The position numbers were made by a program, and so were the translations under genes. The notes below the pieces were generated by a model. It did no database searches. It was not told the origin of the DNA and was given only the letters and a program-made list of their open reading frames with translations. This document shows positions 46,821-56,315 of a DNA stretch of 64,000 bases, in pieces. The stretch's first letter is position 1. Each line of letters opens with the position of its first letter. Origin of the DNA: Candidatus Saccharimonadia bacterium (GTDB lineage Bacteria > Patescibacteriota > SICC01); assembly GCA_025449535.1 (NCBI GenBank), contig JANWJF010000001.1, forward strand, positions 485,136 through 549,135, written 5' to 3'.

Positions 46821-47326
46821 GTGGCGATCTCCGGCTCGAGTCCGGCCGGGCTTCCGTCGTTATCATATCGCAGCACTACCCGGTCCCGCTCGAACCGGTC
46901 GACCCGGGCGCGCGGGATGATCAGGTCCTTCGCGGAGAGTTGCCACCAACGCGGCTTGATGTGCAGCTTGGTCAGGAAGTGCCCCTCGGTCTCGACCGTG
47001 GCGTCGTCCACTGTGCCGATCCGCTTGCCCTTGCCGGTCACCGCCCGGAGGCCGATCGGCCGGATTCCCGCCTCTGTCGCTCGTTTGACGGCGGGCAGGT
47101 CCTCGAGCGGCGCGGCGACCTCCGCCCCGGCGATTACCAGGCCGTGGTCCAGGTAGGCACGGATGTCCACGGTCGAGAGATACGCGTCCCGTGGCCCGGC
47201 GAGTCGGTACGCCAGTACCTTGCCTTTGGCGGCGTCGAAGACGACCTCCCGCACCCGGCCCACGGGCGCGCCGTCGCGTTCGGAGACCACGGGCTGGCCG
47301 GCCAGGTCGGAAAGCAACTTCAACAT
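46817..47326 (-). CDS. PRC-barrel domain protein (two barrels)
   Basis: LSDL.G.PV...G..VGRV.EVV.D and G..IGTV.D repeats. Confidence 0.88.
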   Translation of the reverse strand: MLKLLSDLAGQPVVSERDGAPVGRVREVVFDAAKGKVLAYRLAGPRDAYLSTVDIRAYLDHGLVIAGAEVAAPLEDLPAVKRATEAGIRPIGLRAVTGKGKRIGTVDDATVETEGHFLTKLHIKPRWWQLSAKDLIIPRARVDRFERDRVVLRYDNDGSPAGLEPEIAT

Positions 47327-47348
47327 GCTTCCATGGTATCGGTCACGG

Positions 47349-48704
47349 TCAGCGTTCGGAAACCGGTACCGTGTCCGATACGTCGCCCTTCAGTTTCTGG
47401 GCGTCGCCGCTGGGAATCTCCACCGAGAACAGCGCCCGGCCCTTGTCGTCGTCGGCCAGCACCAGCACATGCTCGTAGTCGCGGTCCCACCCCACGATCA
47501 CGGGGTTGGAGAGCTTGCCGATCCGCTTCACGGTGCCGTCCGCGTACAGCGACAGCCGCGCGCCTTTGCCGCTGCGCACGAACACGGTCTGGTCCAACCG
47601 GCGGTTCATCAGGAACGAGCTGGCCGGCTTGGTCTCGGGGAAGACCCGGGGTTCGCCGCCTTCCAGCGCCTGCACGACCATGGCGTCGCCGCCGATTCCC
47701 TGGCTTTGGAGATAGCTGAGTCGGCTGCCGTCCACCGAGACGGCCGCTTCATGCTCGTTGCCGTCCGTGTTCGCGACCGGCTTGGTGACGCCGGTGACCA
47801 CGTTGGCGGCGAAGAGGTCGTTGTTTCCGTCGTCGCGCTCCTCTTGGTAGTAGATCGAGATGCCGTTCGGGTTCCAGACGATGCCACCGGGCAGCCGGCC
47901 GGTCTCGATCCGCTTCGATTTGCCGGTCGTAGTGTCGGCGATGAAGATCGCTTGCTCGGCAGGGATCGCCAGCTTCTTGCCGTCCGGTGACCAGGCCGCG
48001 GGCCAGGTGCCGGGCAGCTTGTCTGCGATCGTCTCGACCTTGCGCGAGGCGATGTCCACGACCTTCAGCTTGCTGCGGTTGGTGGCCTCGTCGGAGGCAC
48101 CTTCCTCGTTCGAATAGAAGGCGACCTTCTGGGTCGGACTGGAGAACGCGACGCCGTAATCGTCGAACACCGAGCTGACCAGCGCCTCGTCGTCGTCACG
48201 CTCCACGGAGCGCAGGTAGATCTGCCGTTTGCCGGGTCCGCCCTTGGCGTAGACCAGCGCGAACTCGCGACCGCTGGGCGCCGGGGCGCTGGGCAGGGGC
48301 GTGAACGTTGGCAGCGGCTCGGGAGTCGGTGCGGCCGACGGCAGCGCGGTCGGGACGGACCGCAGCGTCGGGGACGGACTCGGCGTCCGGTAGGGCGCCA
48401 GCTGGGCGACCGTGCCGAGCGAACGGGCGGCCGGCTTCGCCGAGGCGGGCGGGGTAGGCTTGCCGACCTTCACGGTGAGCACGCCCACGTCCACGTTGGC
48501 GGCGCTCTGCGGCCGGGCCCGGTTACCGAACTTCTCGTTGCTGAGCTCGCGCGGCGTCTCGGTCGGGCTGGGCGGTGCCGACGGCGTAGGCGGAGGCGGC
48601 TGCTGCTTACGGAAGTAGAGGATCGCCACGACGATACCGGCCAGGACCAGCAGTCCCAGCAGTGCGTACAGAATCTTCTTCCAACGTGGCGTTTGGTGTC
48701 TCAT
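47349..48704 (-). CDS. Membrane-anchored TolB-like beta-propeller with Pro/Thr-rich stalk
   Basis: WSPDGK, WNPNG and S.DG repeats; N-terminal TM. Confidence 0.85.
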   Translation of the reverse strand: MRHQTPRWKKILYALLGLLVLAGIVVAILYFRKQQPPPPTPSAPPSPTETPRELSNEKFGNRARPQSAANVDVGVLTVKVGKPTPPASAKPAARSLGTVAQLAPYRTPSPSPTLRSVPTALPSAAPTPEPLPTFTPLPSAPAPSGREFALVYAKGGPGKRQIYLRSVERDDDEALVSSVFDDYGVAFSSPTQKVAFYSNEEGASDEATNRSKLKVVDIASRKVETIADKLPGTWPAAWSPDGKKLAIPAEQAIFIADTTTGKSKRIETGRLPGGIVWNPNGISIYYQEERDDGNNDLFAANVVTGVTKPVANTDGNEHEAAVSVDGSRLSYLQSQGIGGDAMVVQALEGGEPRVFPETKPASSFLMNRRLDQTVFVRSGKGARLSLYADGTVKRIGKLSNPVIVGWDRDYEHVLVLADDDKGRALFSVEIPSGDAQKLKGDVSDTVPVSER

Positions 48705-48748
48705 ACCCCTCCTCCGTATTGTACGCCAGGCGGGGAAAAAGCGGCCGG

Positions 48749-49306
48749 TCAGCCGCGTTCGACGTACGTGCCGGTGCGCGTGTCGACCACGACCTTGTCG
48801 CCGACCTGCACGAACAGGGGCACGTTGACGGTCGCTCCGCCAGCCAGCTTGGCGGACTTGCTGCCCCCGGCCGCGGTGTCACCCTTGAGTCCTGGATCCG
48901 TCTCGACGACCTCGAATGCCGCCTTGATCGGCAGGTCCACGCCGATGACCGACCCGCCGTGGAGCAGCAGCTTGACGTTCGCGCCTTCCGCCAGGAAGCC
49001 GGCCTGCTTGCCCAGCGTCTCGGCCGGCACCTCGTGTTGCTCGTACGTCTTGGTGTCCATGAACGTCAGCGTGTTCCCTTGGCGGAACAGGAACTGGCCT
49101 TCCGCAGTCTGGAGCGCGGCCGGCTTGATCTTGTCGTTGCCTTGGAACGTCTTCTGGAGGACCGAGCCGGTCTTCAGGTTCCGGAGTTTGGTCCGCACGA
49201 CCGCCCCGCCGCGGCCCATCTTGGCGTGCTGGTACTCGAGCACGACGTACGGATCGCCGTCGAGCTCGATCTTCGTGTTCGTCTTGAGGGCGGTGATGCC
49301 GAGCAT
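48749..49306 (-). CDS. efp: Elongation factor P
   Basis: KMGRGGA loop, TYEQ, PGLKGDT, VPLF, DTRTG.Y. Confidence 0.97.
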   Translation of the reverse strand: MLGITALKTNTKIELDGDPYVVLEYQHAKMGRGGAVVRTKLRNLKTGSVLQKTFQGNDKIKPAALQTAEGQFLFRQGNTLTFMDTKTYEQHEVPAETLGKQAGFLAEGANVKLLLHGGSVIGVDLPIKAAFEVVETDPGLKGDTAAGGSKSAKLAGGATVNVPLFVQVGDKVVVDTRTGTYVERG

Positions 49307-49310
49307 GGAC

Positions 49311-49541
49311 CTACCGGGTGGTGAACGGCATCAGCGCCGCCTGGCGCGACCGCTTGACCGCCGTGGCGAGCATCCGCTGGTGCTTGGCGCAGTTGCCGGA
49401 GCGCCGCCGCCCGTCGATCTTGCCGTACGGGCTGACGAACTTGCTCAGCAAGCGGACGTCCTTGTAGTCGACCACGTCCAAGTCCTTGCTGCAGAACTGG
49501 CAGCGTCGGAACTTGGGAGCTTGTTTTTCCTTGATTGCCAT
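49311..49541 (-). CDS. rpsR: 30S ribosomal protein S18
   Basis: CQFC, DYKD, GKI..RR.SG.CAKHQR. Confidence 0.97.
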   Translation of the reverse strand: MAIKEKQAPKFRRCQFCSKDLDVVDYKDVRLLSKFVSPYGKIDGRRRSGNCAKHQRMLATAVKRSRQAALMPFTTR

Positions 49542-49544
49542 CGG

Positions 49545-50033
49545 TTAGAAGGGGATATCATCCAGCGCCGGGTCCTCGGCGCCTTTATCGTCTTTCTTGG
49601 CCTTGTCGTCCTTGCCACCGGCCGCCTGCGACGCTTCCGCCTCGGTCGGCTGGGCCGGAACCTGGCTGCCTGCGCCCGGACCGCCGCCTTGGCCGGCGCC
49701 GCGGGAATCCAGGAGGATCATGTCATCAGCGACGATCTGTGTCCGCGACCGCTTGGAGCCGTCTTGGGCCTCCCAGGTGTCGGTCTGCAGGCGTCCCTCG
49801 AAGTACGCCCGGCGGCCCTTGGCCAGGTACTGGCTGCAGATCTCGGCCAGTTTGCCCCAGACGACGACGTTATGGAACTCCGCCGCCTCCTGCTTCTCGC
49901 CCTGCTGGTTCTTCCACTGGCGGTTGGTCGCGACGCCGAAGCTCGCTACCTGTTGCCCGTTCGGGGTCGTCTTCGCCTCCGGATCCCGGGTGAGGTTCCC
50001 GATGATCATCGCCTTGTTGAGATCTTTGGCCAT
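49545..50033 (-). CDS. ssb: Single-stranded DNA-binding protein
   Basis: NK..IIGNLTRDPE, EGRLQT, C-terminal DDIPF. Confidence 0.98.
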   Translation of the reverse strand: MAKDLNKAMIIGNLTRDPEAKTTPNGQQVASFGVATNRQWKNQQGEKQEAAEFHNVVVWGKLAEICSQYLAKGRRAYFEGRLQTDTWEAQDGSKRSRTQIVADDMILLDSRGAGQGGGPGAGSQVPAQPTEAEASQAAGGKDDKAKKDDKGAEDPALDDIPF

Positions 50034-50055
50034 GCTGCCTCCGATTAGTTAGTCC

Positions 50056-50595
50056 TTATGAGTCCTTGAGTTGCTCCGCCAGGGCCGCTTCCAGGTCCTT
50101 GGCGCTCGCCTTCTTCTCCGCGGCGGGTTTCTTCTCCGCCTCGTCGTCCGTGTCTTCCGCGGGAGTCGTATCCGCCGCCGGGGCTTCTTCGGCCTTACCC
50201 GCGACTGGCTTGGCACTCTTCCGCAGCGCCTCCGGCACGGTGACCTTGGCGGCCTCCTTGCTCTCCTCGACCGCGGTCGGGGTCTGGACGATCTCGCCCG
50301 GCTTCGGGACTTCCTCGGCCGCGACCAGGACCGTCCGCACGACCTCGTTCATGACGTTCAGCTGCTTCACGAAGTCATTCGCCTTGGCGGCGTCGATCTC
50401 GAGGTGCAGGAGTACGTACCAACCATGGTCCTGCTTGCCGATCGCGTAGGCGAGGCGCTTCCGCCCGAGGACGTTCTGCTCCTTGGCCTTGCCGCCGAGC
50501 GACAATAGCTTGGCGCCTACCTCGTCGGTGACCTTCGCCGCTTCGGGCTCGGTCTTGCCGCCGTCGATGATGTATAACAGTTCGTAAGTTCTCAT
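50056..50595 (-). CDS. rpsF: 30S ribosomal protein S6 with a long charged C-terminal tail
   Basis: MRTYEL, G.KRLAY.I; first gene of rpsF-ssb-rpsR. Confidence 0.95.
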   Translation of the reverse strand: MRTYELLYIIDGGKTEPEAAKVTDEVGAKLLSLGGKAKEQNVLGRKRLAYAIGKQDHGWYVLLHLEIDAAKANDFVKQLNVMNEVVRTVLVAAEEVPKPGEIVQTPTAVEESKEAAKVTVPEALRKSAKPVAGKAEEAPAADTTPAEDTDDEAEKKPAAEKKASAKDLEAALAEQLKDS

Positions 50596-50772
50596 GCTTC
50601 TCGTGGACTATCGCCCCGGTGATCGGGAGAAAAGCTCAGTACGACCCAGTGTATCGTCGCGGGGCCTGCGAGACAAGCGTCAGTACGGGCGTCGGGAGGG
50701 GAATGAAGGAGCGAGTAACCATATGGTAGCTTGCTTCAGTCCATACGTCAAGCGGGCGTATTATCAATCCAG

Positions 50773-51747
50773 ATGGCTGAACCAGGTGCAGCGCAGGTCG
50801 AGGGGGAAGACCGGCAGGTTGAGGGCGTCGAGACGGACGTCGATTACGCGGAGCTGCCGAAGCCGGAACTTGAACCGGTAAGGCGCAGGGACCTGACCGA
50901 AGGATTTAAGTCGGTATCGTTAGGTGCCCCTCGCTTTCCCACTGAGAAATCGGCATGCGCAGCGATGGATAGGCGCATTAGGAAGACTGCGACGATCACA
51001 TCGACAGAGACGTACTTTCTTTGGAACTCTCAGACAGGGCGGCTGTACGAGCGTGAATTTGGTGGTGGTCCTTGGACGAGGGCGCTCGCCCAACGTAACG
51101 CAGGCTTCCGTCGTTTCGCTGGTACGGCCGTACAGACACGGCCTGGCGTTGGTCGAACCAGTGAGGACTTACTGAAGTACATAATCCGCTCCAACGTGCA
51201 GGAGGACGGACGATTCGACGTCGATGCCGACTACCTGGGATCCACGGACCGACTCAGCGAACCGTTTGACGGTGAACCCGACCCCGAACTCACTAAGCAG
51301 CTGCTAGAGGCGGTTTTCGGTGGGACTGAACGCCACGATGGATTCGAATCATTGGTTCTAGGGCGTCCATCCAGCCGACGTACCCAGATGGACCACCTGA
51401 CTAGCGTTCTGTCCGACCAACCTGCCGACGCGCCTCATGGCCAAGGGATTCGTCTGGAAGGGCCGGACGATCCTTCTGCGGGATTCTTCGAGATGATGGA
51501 AGGGTCGGGCAACGGCGAGAAGCCGGAGCCGCGGCTGGAGCTCTCCCGGTTCCGGGGAGCACTTCCAAATATTCCAGGCTTGGAAGGCGAATGGGTTCGT
51601 CTAGAAGTCACGAACCGCACCGAAGGTCAGCAGGAGTTCCTCGAAGCCTTAGCCGCCCGAATTGGCAACGGTGCGCACGTGTTTGTCGAGGGCTACCGTT
51701 GCCAACCCCAAGTATTGGTACCGATCAAGCTCGGCTTCGCGGATTGA
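50773..51747 (+). CDS. Hypothetical protein
   Basis: Long ORF; TATTAT 8 nt before ATG 50773. Confidence 0.7.
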   Translation: MAEPGAAQVEGEDRQVEGVETDVDYAELPKPELEPVRRRDLTEGFKSVSLGAPRFPTEKSACAAMDRRIRKTATITSTETYFLWNSQTGRLYEREFGGGPWTRALAQRNAGFRRFAGTAVQTRPGVGRTSEDLLKYIIRSNVQEDGRFDVDADYLGSTDRLSEPFDGEPDPELTKQLLEAVFGGTERHDGFESLVLGRPSSRRTQMDHLTSVLSDQPADAPHGQGIRLEGPDDPSAGFFEMMEGSGNGEKPEPRLELSRFRGALPNIPGLEGEWVRLEVTNRTEGQQEFLEALAARIGNGAHVFVEGYRCQPQVLVPIKLGFAD

Positions 51748-51866
51748 CCGTTGGGCAAAGCGAAGAGCGGGGCCTGGCCAAGGTTCGGGTTTGTCGAGAT
51801 AAAGAACGGTTAATGCATAGAGCAGGCCGAAGATCCTACCAGGTGACTCTGGTATAGTAATTCGTT

Positions 51867-52778
51867 ATGGAAAACACCGTTGCCATCGAGGAGGTATATC
51901 CTGAGTTGCTCCATGAGTATCAGGCCGGGGAGCCGCTCAGTGCGGAGGCTGTTGAAGCGTTCATGGCAAACCTGCCGGAATGGGACTCGGTTGAAGGAAT
52001 CAATGGCCCGGTATACGGGCGGCGGCTCACTGAATTTGATAAGGATTTCTGGCTCGGGGTTTCACTCGGGGAAGCAATCAAAGTCCATCGACTGCGATCA
52101 TCCGATCAACTCCTGGCATACGTGGAGGCGTCGAATGGTGTCTGCCCGGAACAGTTACGGGTCATCCTGGAGCTGGAAGGTGCGTCATTGGACAGTTCGG
52201 TTGCGCCTGAACGGTTAGAGACACTGTACATGCAACTCCTGGCCGCAGAAAGCGAATGGACTTTGGCGGAACTCAGAGAACATCTCCGAGTGCAGCGTGA
52301 ACTTGAAAAGGAAGCGAAGGGGGTTGTCGACGGCTTTACGGATAAGCAGCGCGAAGTCCTTCGCCAGATCGATCGACCCACTGGTGAAATCGCGTACAGC
52401 TCACGCCGCGGTGAATCGACCGTCCGAACACATATACATAACATGATGGATCAAGCAGGGTTTCGTTCGCGCGTCGAACTGCTGCTATTGGCATTCCGGG
52501 CTGGGGAATTATCCGACAAATCCCAGCCGGAGCATGCCGGAGTAAGCCGGTTGTCCGCGCGCGAGAAGGAAGTAACCCGGTTGGCAGTGTTTACCCAGCA
52601 GGAAGTCGCCGCACGCCGGGAGATATCCGTCTCCACCGTTCGGGCTCATATGCACAATGCTATGCAGAAAGCGGACGTTCCTCACCGGGCTGGATTGGTG
52701 GCAGCGACAATTCGCGAGAATATCATTACGATAGATGAATTCGTACTTCGTTCGGATGAAGCGGACTCCGAGTCGTAA
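51867..52778 (+). CDS. Protein with two tandem LuxR-type HTH domains
   Basis: FTDKQREVL..STVRTHIHN and LSAREKEV..STVRAHMHN. Confidence 0.85.
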   Translation: MENTVAIEEVYPELLHEYQAGEPLSAEAVEAFMANLPEWDSVEGINGPVYGRRLTEFDKDFWLGVSLGEAIKVHRLRSSDQLLAYVEASNGVCPEQLRVILELEGASLDSSVAPERLETLYMQLLAAESEWTLAELREHLRVQRELEKEAKGVVDGFTDKQREVLRQIDRPTGEIAYSSRRGESTVRTHIHNMMDQAGFRSRVELLLLAFRAGELSDKSQPEHAGVSRLSAREKEVTRLAVFTQQEVAARREISVSTVRAHMHNAMQKADVPHRAGLVAATIRENIITIDEFVLRSDEADSES

Positions 52779-52792
52779 AGTACCGTCGGTAG

Positions 52793-53911
52793 CTAAGCTC
52801 CGTGCCGGATGTGCATGACGTCGCCGTCCTGGACGACGTAATCCTTGCCTTCCGTCCGCTGCTTGCCGGTGTCCCGCGCGGCTGATTCGGAACCGGCAGC
52901 CACGTAGTCGTCGTAGGCGATCACCTCGGCGCGGATGAACTGCTTCTCGAAGTCGCCGTGGATGGTCCCGGCGGCCTGCGGGGCGGACGAGCCGGCCCGA
53001 ATCGGCCAGGCGCGGGCTTCCTTCAGCCCGGCGGTGTAGAACGTGATCAGTTCGAGCAGCCCGTACCCGGCGCGGATGACCCGGTTGAGGTTCGGCTCCT
53101 CGAGCCCGACATCCTTTAGGAACTCCGCGCGCTCCTCCGGCGGCAGGGCGCCGATCTCGGCCTCGATCTTGGCGGATACGGCCACCACTGTCAGCCCGTT
53201 GTCCTCCGCCCAGCGCTCGGCTTCCTGATAGAAGCTGTTCGTGCCGGGCTTGGCCACGTCGCCCTCGTCGACGTTCGCGACCACCAGCATCGGCTTCCAA
53301 GTGATCAGCGGGAGCGCCCCGGATGAGTGTAGATGCACCAGCTTCTTCCGTTCGTCCGCGTTGAACTCGACCGACCGGGCCGGCTGCTCGCCATCCAGGG
53401 CTGTCGCGATCCGCTTGAGGAGTTCCAGCCGCTCGGCGGAATCCTTGTCACCCCGCGCCTCCTTCTCCAGCGGCCGGAGCAGCTTCTCTAGCGTCTGCTG
53501 GTCGGCGAGGATCAGCTCCAGCAGCACGGTCCGCAGGTCGTCGACTGGATTGAGCTTGCCGGCCACGTGGGTCACGTCCGCGTCCTCGAAGCAGCGGACG
53601 ACCAGCGCGATCGCCGTGGTCTCGCGGATGTGGCTGAGGAATTGGTTTCCGAGTCCTTCGCCCTTGTTCGCCCCGGCCACCAGCCCGGCGATGTCCACGA
53701 ACTTCACCGTGGCGGGGACGGTCTGCTCCGGCTTCACTAACTCCGTGAGCTTGGCCAGCCGTGGGTCCGGCACGTCGACGATTCCTTCGTTCGGTTCGAT
53801 CGTCGTGAACGGCCGGTTCGCCGCCTCGGCCTGCGCGCGTTCGAGCAGCGCGTTGAAGAGCGTGGACTTGCCCACGTTGGGGAGGCCGACGATGCCGATG
53901 GAGAGGGACAT
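52793..53911 (-). CDS. ychF: Redox-regulated ATPase YchF
   Basis: GIVGLPNVGKST, DIAGLV, GEGLGNQFL, TGS C-terminus. Confidence 0.97.
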   Translation of the reverse strand: MSLSIGIVGLPNVGKSTLFNALLERAQAEAANRPFTTIEPNEGIVDVPDPRLAKLTELVKPEQTVPATVKFVDIAGLVAGANKGEGLGNQFLSHIRETTAIALVVRCFEDADVTHVAGKLNPVDDLRTVLLELILADQQTLEKLLRPLEKEARGDKDSAERLELLKRIATALDGEQPARSVEFNADERKKLVHLHSSGALPLITWKPMLVVANVDEGDVAKPGTNSFYQEAERWAEDNGLTVVAVSAKIEAEIGALPPEERAEFLKDVGLEEPNLNRVIRAGYGLLELITFYTAGLKEARAWPIRAGSSAPQAAGTIHGDFEKQFIRAEVIAYDDYVAAGSESAARDTGKQRTEGKDYVVQDGDVMHIRHGA

Positions 53912-54017
53912 GAACCCAGAGTAGCACCAGGACCTTGGTTGTGGTAAAAAAGGTTGTTGGCGAGAACCCTCGCCATGCCCGGTGCGGCGGTACCGTACGC
54001 GAACCTTAGGAGTCGCC

Positions 54018-54233
54018 ATGGTCTTCGGGGCCATCATCACGCTGGAAGCCGTGCCGTGGCTCGTGTTCGCCGCGGTTGCGAGTATGACCCTTCGGAGTTG
54101 GTTCCTGGGTTGGCAAGCGTCCAAGGCCATCAATCGGAACCCCAACTGGTACATGCCGGCACTCGACCTGACGGTGGTCACGCTCTTCATGTTGCTGGTG
54201 GTCGTGGTGTTCGAGCAGTACCTCTACCCCTGA
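54018..54233 (+). CDS. Small 2-TM protein, 71 aa
   Basis: AGGAGTCGCCATG start context; two hydrophobic helices. Confidence 0.7.
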   Translation: MVFGAIITLEAVPWLVFAAVASMTLRSWFLGWQASKAINRNPNWYMPALDLTVVTLFMLLVVVVFEQYLYP

Positions 54234-54378
54234 CCAAGGAGACCGGATCGTCTTCGAAAGCGAGGTGGGGAAGAAGGGACCCAAGGCGACGGTCTGGGCC
54301 TATGCCGACTCGTACGACCGGCTGACCGGACGCGGGGCCTGGGCCTGACCCGAAGCGAAGTCCCATCAAGGAGTCGCC

Positions 54379-54558
54379 ATGTTCTCGGAAGAGATCGTCA
54401 TACCCTGGATTGCGTTCGCAGTGACTCTCGTCATCACCATCGGTGCGGTACGGGAGTCCAGACGACTCGGCAAGATCGGGAAAGACCTCGGCTGGTTGCT
54501 ACTCATCGTCGTCCTGGCAGCGTTCACGTTGGGCTATGCCCTGGTCGAGACGCTGTGA
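54379..54558 (+). CDS. Small 2-TM protein, 59 aa (MFSEEIVIPWIAFAV..; absent from the ORF track)
   Basis: Same AGGAGTCGCCATG start context; two hydrophobic helices. Confidence 0.7.
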   Translation: MFSEEIVIPWIAFAVTLVITIGAVRESRRLGKIGKDLGWLLLIVVLAAFTLGYALVETL

Positions 54559-54707
54559 GGTCCCATGTACAACATTCACTGAATCACCGATAGGTGCAGG
54601 CGCATCCGCGCTCCCACGCATCTGTCGGTTTTTCAGTTCGTTGAGAGGGTATACCCTTGTTTTTTTGTCTTAGTGGTGGTAAAAATAGTAGCCCATCGCC
54701 CCTTGAA

Positions 54708-55203
54708 AACCCGGCCAACCAACCCATCGCAATCTCGACCGAATCACCTTTGAAAGTCGGCTTATGCCGGAACTCGACATAGGAGCGTGAGAGGTGTGAG
54801 TACAGCAACAGAGACATTATCGAGTGGTACCCAAGAAGTCGTCACCACGAACCACCCCCTGCTGCGTTTTCGGAAGGAAGAATCCCGCCAAGACGGTGCC
54901 AAGGGGTGTCTGCTGATCGACGGATACGTCGAACCGGCGAAAGTCCTGGCCGAGGCCCGGAGACAGGGCGCCGTCAATTCGACCGGTAGTGGCGTCTACT
55001 ACATCGTGGAATTCACGACCGGTTTCAATCAGAAAGACGGTCCCGGAGGGCGCAACGCGGACTACGTCAAGCGGGCGCTCAAAAGGATGCAGGACTGAGT
55101 ACTCGGAATTGCGATGGAACATCGGGAGATGCATGGCACAGGCTTTGATTCGGTCGAATCGCCGTGCATCTCCCGCCCCATCCTCGGGTTGGTTAGTCGG
55201 GTT
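54708..55203 (+). ncRNA. RNA frame (three-way junction plus 12-bp pseudoknot) enclosing ORF 54796-55098
   Basis: P1 54708-54725 with 55186-55203; P2 54724-54733 with 55108-55117; P3 55123-55175; 54735-54746 with 55146-55157. Confidence 0.75.
54796..55098 (+). CDS. Small soluble hypothetical protein, ~100 aa
   Basis: SD AGGAG; the GTG start could also be 54787. Confidence 0.7.
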   Translation: MSTATETLSSGTQEVVTTNHPLLRFRKEESRQDGAKGCLLIDGYVEPAKVLAEARRQGAVNSTGSGVYYIVEFTTGFNQKDGPGGRNADYVKRALKRMQD

Positions 55204-55237
55204 ATAGTCGGCCTTTGGCCGTAAGGCACGCAATGCC

Positions 55238-56239
55238 ATGACTGAAGGAACTCCAGATCGTCGCTTCGAGCTTCCCCGGGAGGAACTGCAGTTCACAGTG
55301 GAACACAACCTTCGGGTGCTAGCGGCAATGGTTGTCCGGCAGGAGCTCGACGAGCTTGGCACGGACGCTGACGACGAGACCGCCGACCTGTCCAGCCGCG
55401 CACTGGAACACCCGAGCGTGATCGTCGATGACGTCATCGACTTCGACGCGACGGAAGCCCGCGTGCTGGCGGTCAGGTTCCCGGCCGATCCCTCGGACGG
55501 TGAGACCGTTCTCTTCGCGGAAGGATACCTGCTCACCGTCAACCGGGACGTGAAGCGAGTGACCAAGCAGAGCGGCCCGGTCCGGATCATGGCCAGCCTG
55601 GACGGGTCGACGGTGATGGTAGAAGGCCTGGACGCACTGAGTGACGACGAACTGCAGGCGGCGCTCGTCGCGACGCACAACGCGTTCCTCGGGACCAACC
55701 GACTGGACCGGGCGGTGCGCCTGGCCTTGCTCGAAGAGAACCTGGACTGGCTTGGTTCCGAGAACGTAGAGGCCGACCAGGGAATGACGGTCGTCCAAAG
55801 CGCCGTCCGGCTGATGGAAGCCGAGGAGCCGGGTTTCGACAACGACCTCAAATGCTGGTACGTGCGCAGCAAAGGTGAACTGGCGCATCTCTCGGAAATC
55901 TCGTTGCTCGACGACAAGCTGATGATCCACGTGGTCGACCGACGGCACGACAAGCACCTGTACTTGGTCTTCCAACGGGGCGAAGACGGTTCCTTCTTTC
56001 CCAGGCATGGCCCCGAACTGCTGGACCCCGGCTTGGTGGCCGACGCGCTGCTCTTGTTCACGCCCGGCAATTACGAACTGGTCAGCGAAGACTACTATCA
56101 GCGCCATAACGGCGCCCAGGCGGTAGAAGAAGTGCTGGGCGAGGAAGAAACCGATAGGTCGGAAAAGGCGCGCCGGGAACGGGAATCCCATGCACGTCAG
56201 CCGGGAACCCGGGACGAGATCGAGGATCAGTACAGGTAA
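55238..56239 (+). CDS. Acidic hypothetical protein
   Basis: 333-aa ORF with GC3-rich codons. Confidence 0.75.
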   Translation: MTEGTPDRRFELPREELQFTVEHNLRVLAAMVVRQELDELGTDADDETADLSSRALEHPSVIVDDVIDFDATEARVLAVRFPADPSDGETVLFAEGYLLTVNRDVKRVTKQSGPVRIMASLDGSTVMVEGLDALSDDELQAALVATHNAFLGTNRLDRAVRLALLEENLDWLGSENVEADQGMTVVQSAVRLMEAEEPGFDNDLKCWYVRSKGELAHLSEISLLDDKLMIHVVDRRHDKHLYLVFQRGEDGSFFPRHGPELLDPGLVADALLLFTPGNYELVSEDYYQRHNGAQAVEEVLGEEETDRSEKARRERESHARQPGTRDEIEDQYR

Positions 56240-56315
56240 GGTCGTTTGCTTGAATTAGCAGGCAATCAGTAGCAACCTACAAGTACTAACACACCGCGCG
56301 AGCGGTGTTTTCTAT

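Noticed and set aside
48749-49306. EF-P loop KMGRG with Arg in place of the modified Lys
   Set aside because: Arg-type loops are a known EF-P variant, and no modifying gene is in view to add anything.
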